A stretch of 64,000 nucleotides of DNA from a virus (lineage: Duplodnaviria > Heunggongvirae > Uroviricota > Caudoviricetes): positions 18,332 through 82,331 of the IMG/VR virus record IMGVR_UViG_3300027708_000034; one strand, 5' to 3'. The translations under genes were made by a program, and so were the position numbers. A model generated the notes under the pieces. It was not told the DNA's origin, searched no databases, and was given only the letters and a program-made list of their open reading frames with translations. Below are positions 62,693 through 64,000 of the stretch, in pieces (position 1 is the stretch's first letter; the number at the start of each line of letters is the position of its first letter).

Positions 62693-64000
62693 TTAGAATT
62701 TAATAGTTCCTGATGAAGTGGTCCACGAGTATGTTCTATAACCGCCAGCAACAGTGACAGTTGCAAAAGTAGACGATGTTGCCTCGGCATATACATCGGA
62801 ATAGCGAATGACCACTATACCACTGCCGCCGTCGCGCACACTGCTTCCACCATTGCCGGTATTTGCTGAGCCAGATACCAGCTGTGCGCCTCGTCCACCA
62901 GCACTAAATGTAGCATTACCAATTGAACTAAACAAGCCTGCCCCCGGAGTAAAGGAAACTGCGGCTCCGCCAGCGCCACCACCGCCGCCACTATCCCAGC
63001 CACCATTTGAGTTTATTGCTGGTGCCGTGCCACCAGCAAATCCTTGTCCAGTTGTACCGGCGCCGCCAACATTACTGCCGCCGTTGATATCGCCACCGCC
63101 ACCACCTGATCCACCCGCGCCGCCACTATTATTTCGTGTCCCGCCATAGCCGCCGCCTATAGCAGTCAAGCCAAATGCACTGGAATTTACACCTTGGGTT
63201 CCATTGCTGCCTCCGCCGGTTCCTGTATTATCTGGACCAGTACCTCGAGGTCCGCCAGCACCAACCGTGATCGTATACGTTGTTCCAGCAGATATCGCAA
63301 GGCTACTGGAAGTTAAGAATCCGCCGCCACCGCCGCCACCACCTACATCAACGTCAGATCCACCACCACCTCCGCCTGCAACTATCAAGTATTCAATTGT
63401 AGGCGTAGGTATTGGAACTGGTGCAACTGACAGTGTTCCTGATGCAGTAAACACATGAGCAACGTAAGAAGTTCCACAAACAGTATATGAGTAAACAGAT
63501 CCGCCAGTCGCTCGCTGGATTAAGGATTGGTATCTAACGATGACAACTCCACTGCCGCCATTACCACCGCCGTGTGTAGTATCTCCACCAGCACCACCAC
63601 CTCCACCGCCAGTGAATGCTGTAGCCGCCGTTCCATTGGCATTGACTCCCCCAGCACCGCCGCCGCCCAGTCCTCCCGAACCTGCTGGACGACCTGCATT
63701 GACGGTATTGATTCCACCACCTCCGCCACCTGCAAAATATAAACTGGTGCTAGTGGTCTGTCCTATGCCTGCAGATACTGCTGTACTGGTGGAAATTATC
63801 GTAGTCAATGTACCGATACCACCGTTACCGCCTACTAGAGTGGTACCAGCAGCGCCAACTCCACCCGCGCCACCACCACCTCCGCCTGCGTAGTTTTGTC
63901 CAGTAGTTTCTCCATTGCCGCCCGCAAATCCCTGTCCAGCTACGCCAGCGGCACCCGTTTGTCCAGTACCGCCACCTCCCCCGCCACCACCGCCACCGCT
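62693..64000 (-). CDS. Glycine-rich protein, family member, 5'-truncated by the window edge (the frame stays open to position 64000; the track's TTG start at 63808 is an edge artifact)
   Basis: The minus-strand frame continues without a stop through 63809-64000, encoding further GGGGGG-rich sequence. C-terminus TSSGTIKF. Confidence 0.5.
   Translation of the reverse strand, partial: SGGGGGGGGGGTGQTGAAGVAGQGFAGGNGETTGQNYAGGGGGGAGGVGAAGTTLVGGNGGIGTLTTIISTSTAVSAGIGQTTSTSLYFAGGGGGGINTVNAGRPAGSGGLGGGGAGGVNANGTAATAFTGGGGGGAGGDTTHGGGNGGSGVVIVRYQSLIQRATGGSVYSYTVCGTSYVAHVFTASGTLSVAPVPIPTPTIEYLIVAGGGGGGSDVDVGGGGGGGGFLTSSSLAISAGTTYTITVGAGGPRGTGPDNTGTGGGSNGTQGVNSSAFGLTAIGGGYGGTRNNSGGAGGSGGGGGDINGGSNVGGAGTTGQGFAGGTAPAINSNGGWDSGGGGGAGGAAVSFTPGAGLFSSIGNATFSAGGRGAQLVSGSANTGNGGSSVRDGGSGIVVIRYSDVYAEATSSTFATVTVAGGYRTYSWTTSSGTIKF

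Noticed and set aside
57891-63893. Plus-strand Pro-rich ORFs inside the Gly-rich paralog array (for example 57891-58118, 59006-59590, 62808-63149, 63540-63893)
   Set aside because: Same mirror-image effect of Gly codons. They lie fully inside better-supported minus-strand genes.
1-64000. Possibility that the window is a bacterial chromosomal or prophage region (because of dnaK, clpX, the porin and LPS enzymes)
   Set aside because: Gene packing with systematic ATGA overlaps, short host-like genes (a 180-aa HO), a uniform AT-rich composition across host-like and structural genes, T4-type late promoter motifs, capsid-targeting N-termini, nrdAB/Grx/dCMP deaminase, and fiber genes all favour a lytic T4-like phage. 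No integrase, attachment site or flanking housekeeping operon was seen.
1-64000. Nucleocytoplasmic large DNA virus origin (collagen repeats and Gly-rich proteins are common there)
   Set aside because: Shine-Dalgarno sequences, sigma70 -35/-10 promoters, rho-independent terminators and bacterial-type DnaK/ClpX/porin point to a bacteriophage.
1-64000. CRISPR arrays or other short direct-repeat arrays
   Set aside because: The only repeated nucleotide strings are explained by paralogous coding sequences (the 17-mer ttcaactccgaaatgtt at three gene ends; Gly-rich gene termini) and by the two regulatory repeats reported. There is no repeat-spacer periodicity.

Overview
The window is about 64 kb of a dense, AT-rich (roughly 40% GC) phage genome, with almost every gene on the minus strand. 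Evidence for phage origin: contiguous overlapping genes (ATGA overlaps), Shine-Dalgarno sites, sigma70-like early promoters, rho-independent terminators, T4-type TATAAATA late-promoter motifs, structural genes (tail fibers and a glycine-rich fiber array), and two proteins carrying a T4-like capsid-targeting N-terminus (MRAREFIAE / MRAREFLSE versus T4 MKTYQEFIAE). I therefore read it as a T4-like myovirus of a Gram-negative host, with nrdA/nrdB, glutaredoxin and dCMP deaminase as in T4-like phages. The accessory content is unusual. One operon encodes DnaK, Hsp20 (IbpA-like), ClpS, heme oxygenase, a ferredoxin-dependent bilin reductase and an internal-protein candidate. Directly upstream is an orphan gene that resembles only the C-terminal dimerisation domain of glutamyl-tRNA reductase (HemA). 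ClpX lies a few kb away. Other accessory genes: a split rubrerythrin plus rubredoxin, an HNH nuclease next to a ParB/DGQHR-like protein, an outer-membrane porin, an SPFH/prohibitin protein, a type IV pilin-like gene embedded in a five-member small-protein family (MNERIKELAEQA...KFAELIV...FGVEE), a second overlapping small family ending TMFILRWS, and a cell-envelope modification block (methyltransferase, GT4 and GT9-like glycosyltransferases, RimK ATP-grasp, LpxH-like phosphoesterase, GATase1-like). The 3' third holds a collagen-like fiber with a C-terminal S74 intramolecular chaperone domain, a beta-helix fiber, several large structural proteins and a tandem array of at least five glycine-rich paralogs that runs off the window edge. 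No tRNA, rRNA or CRISPR array was recognised by eye. All functional calls rest on motif recognition from the translated ORFs, not on database searches.
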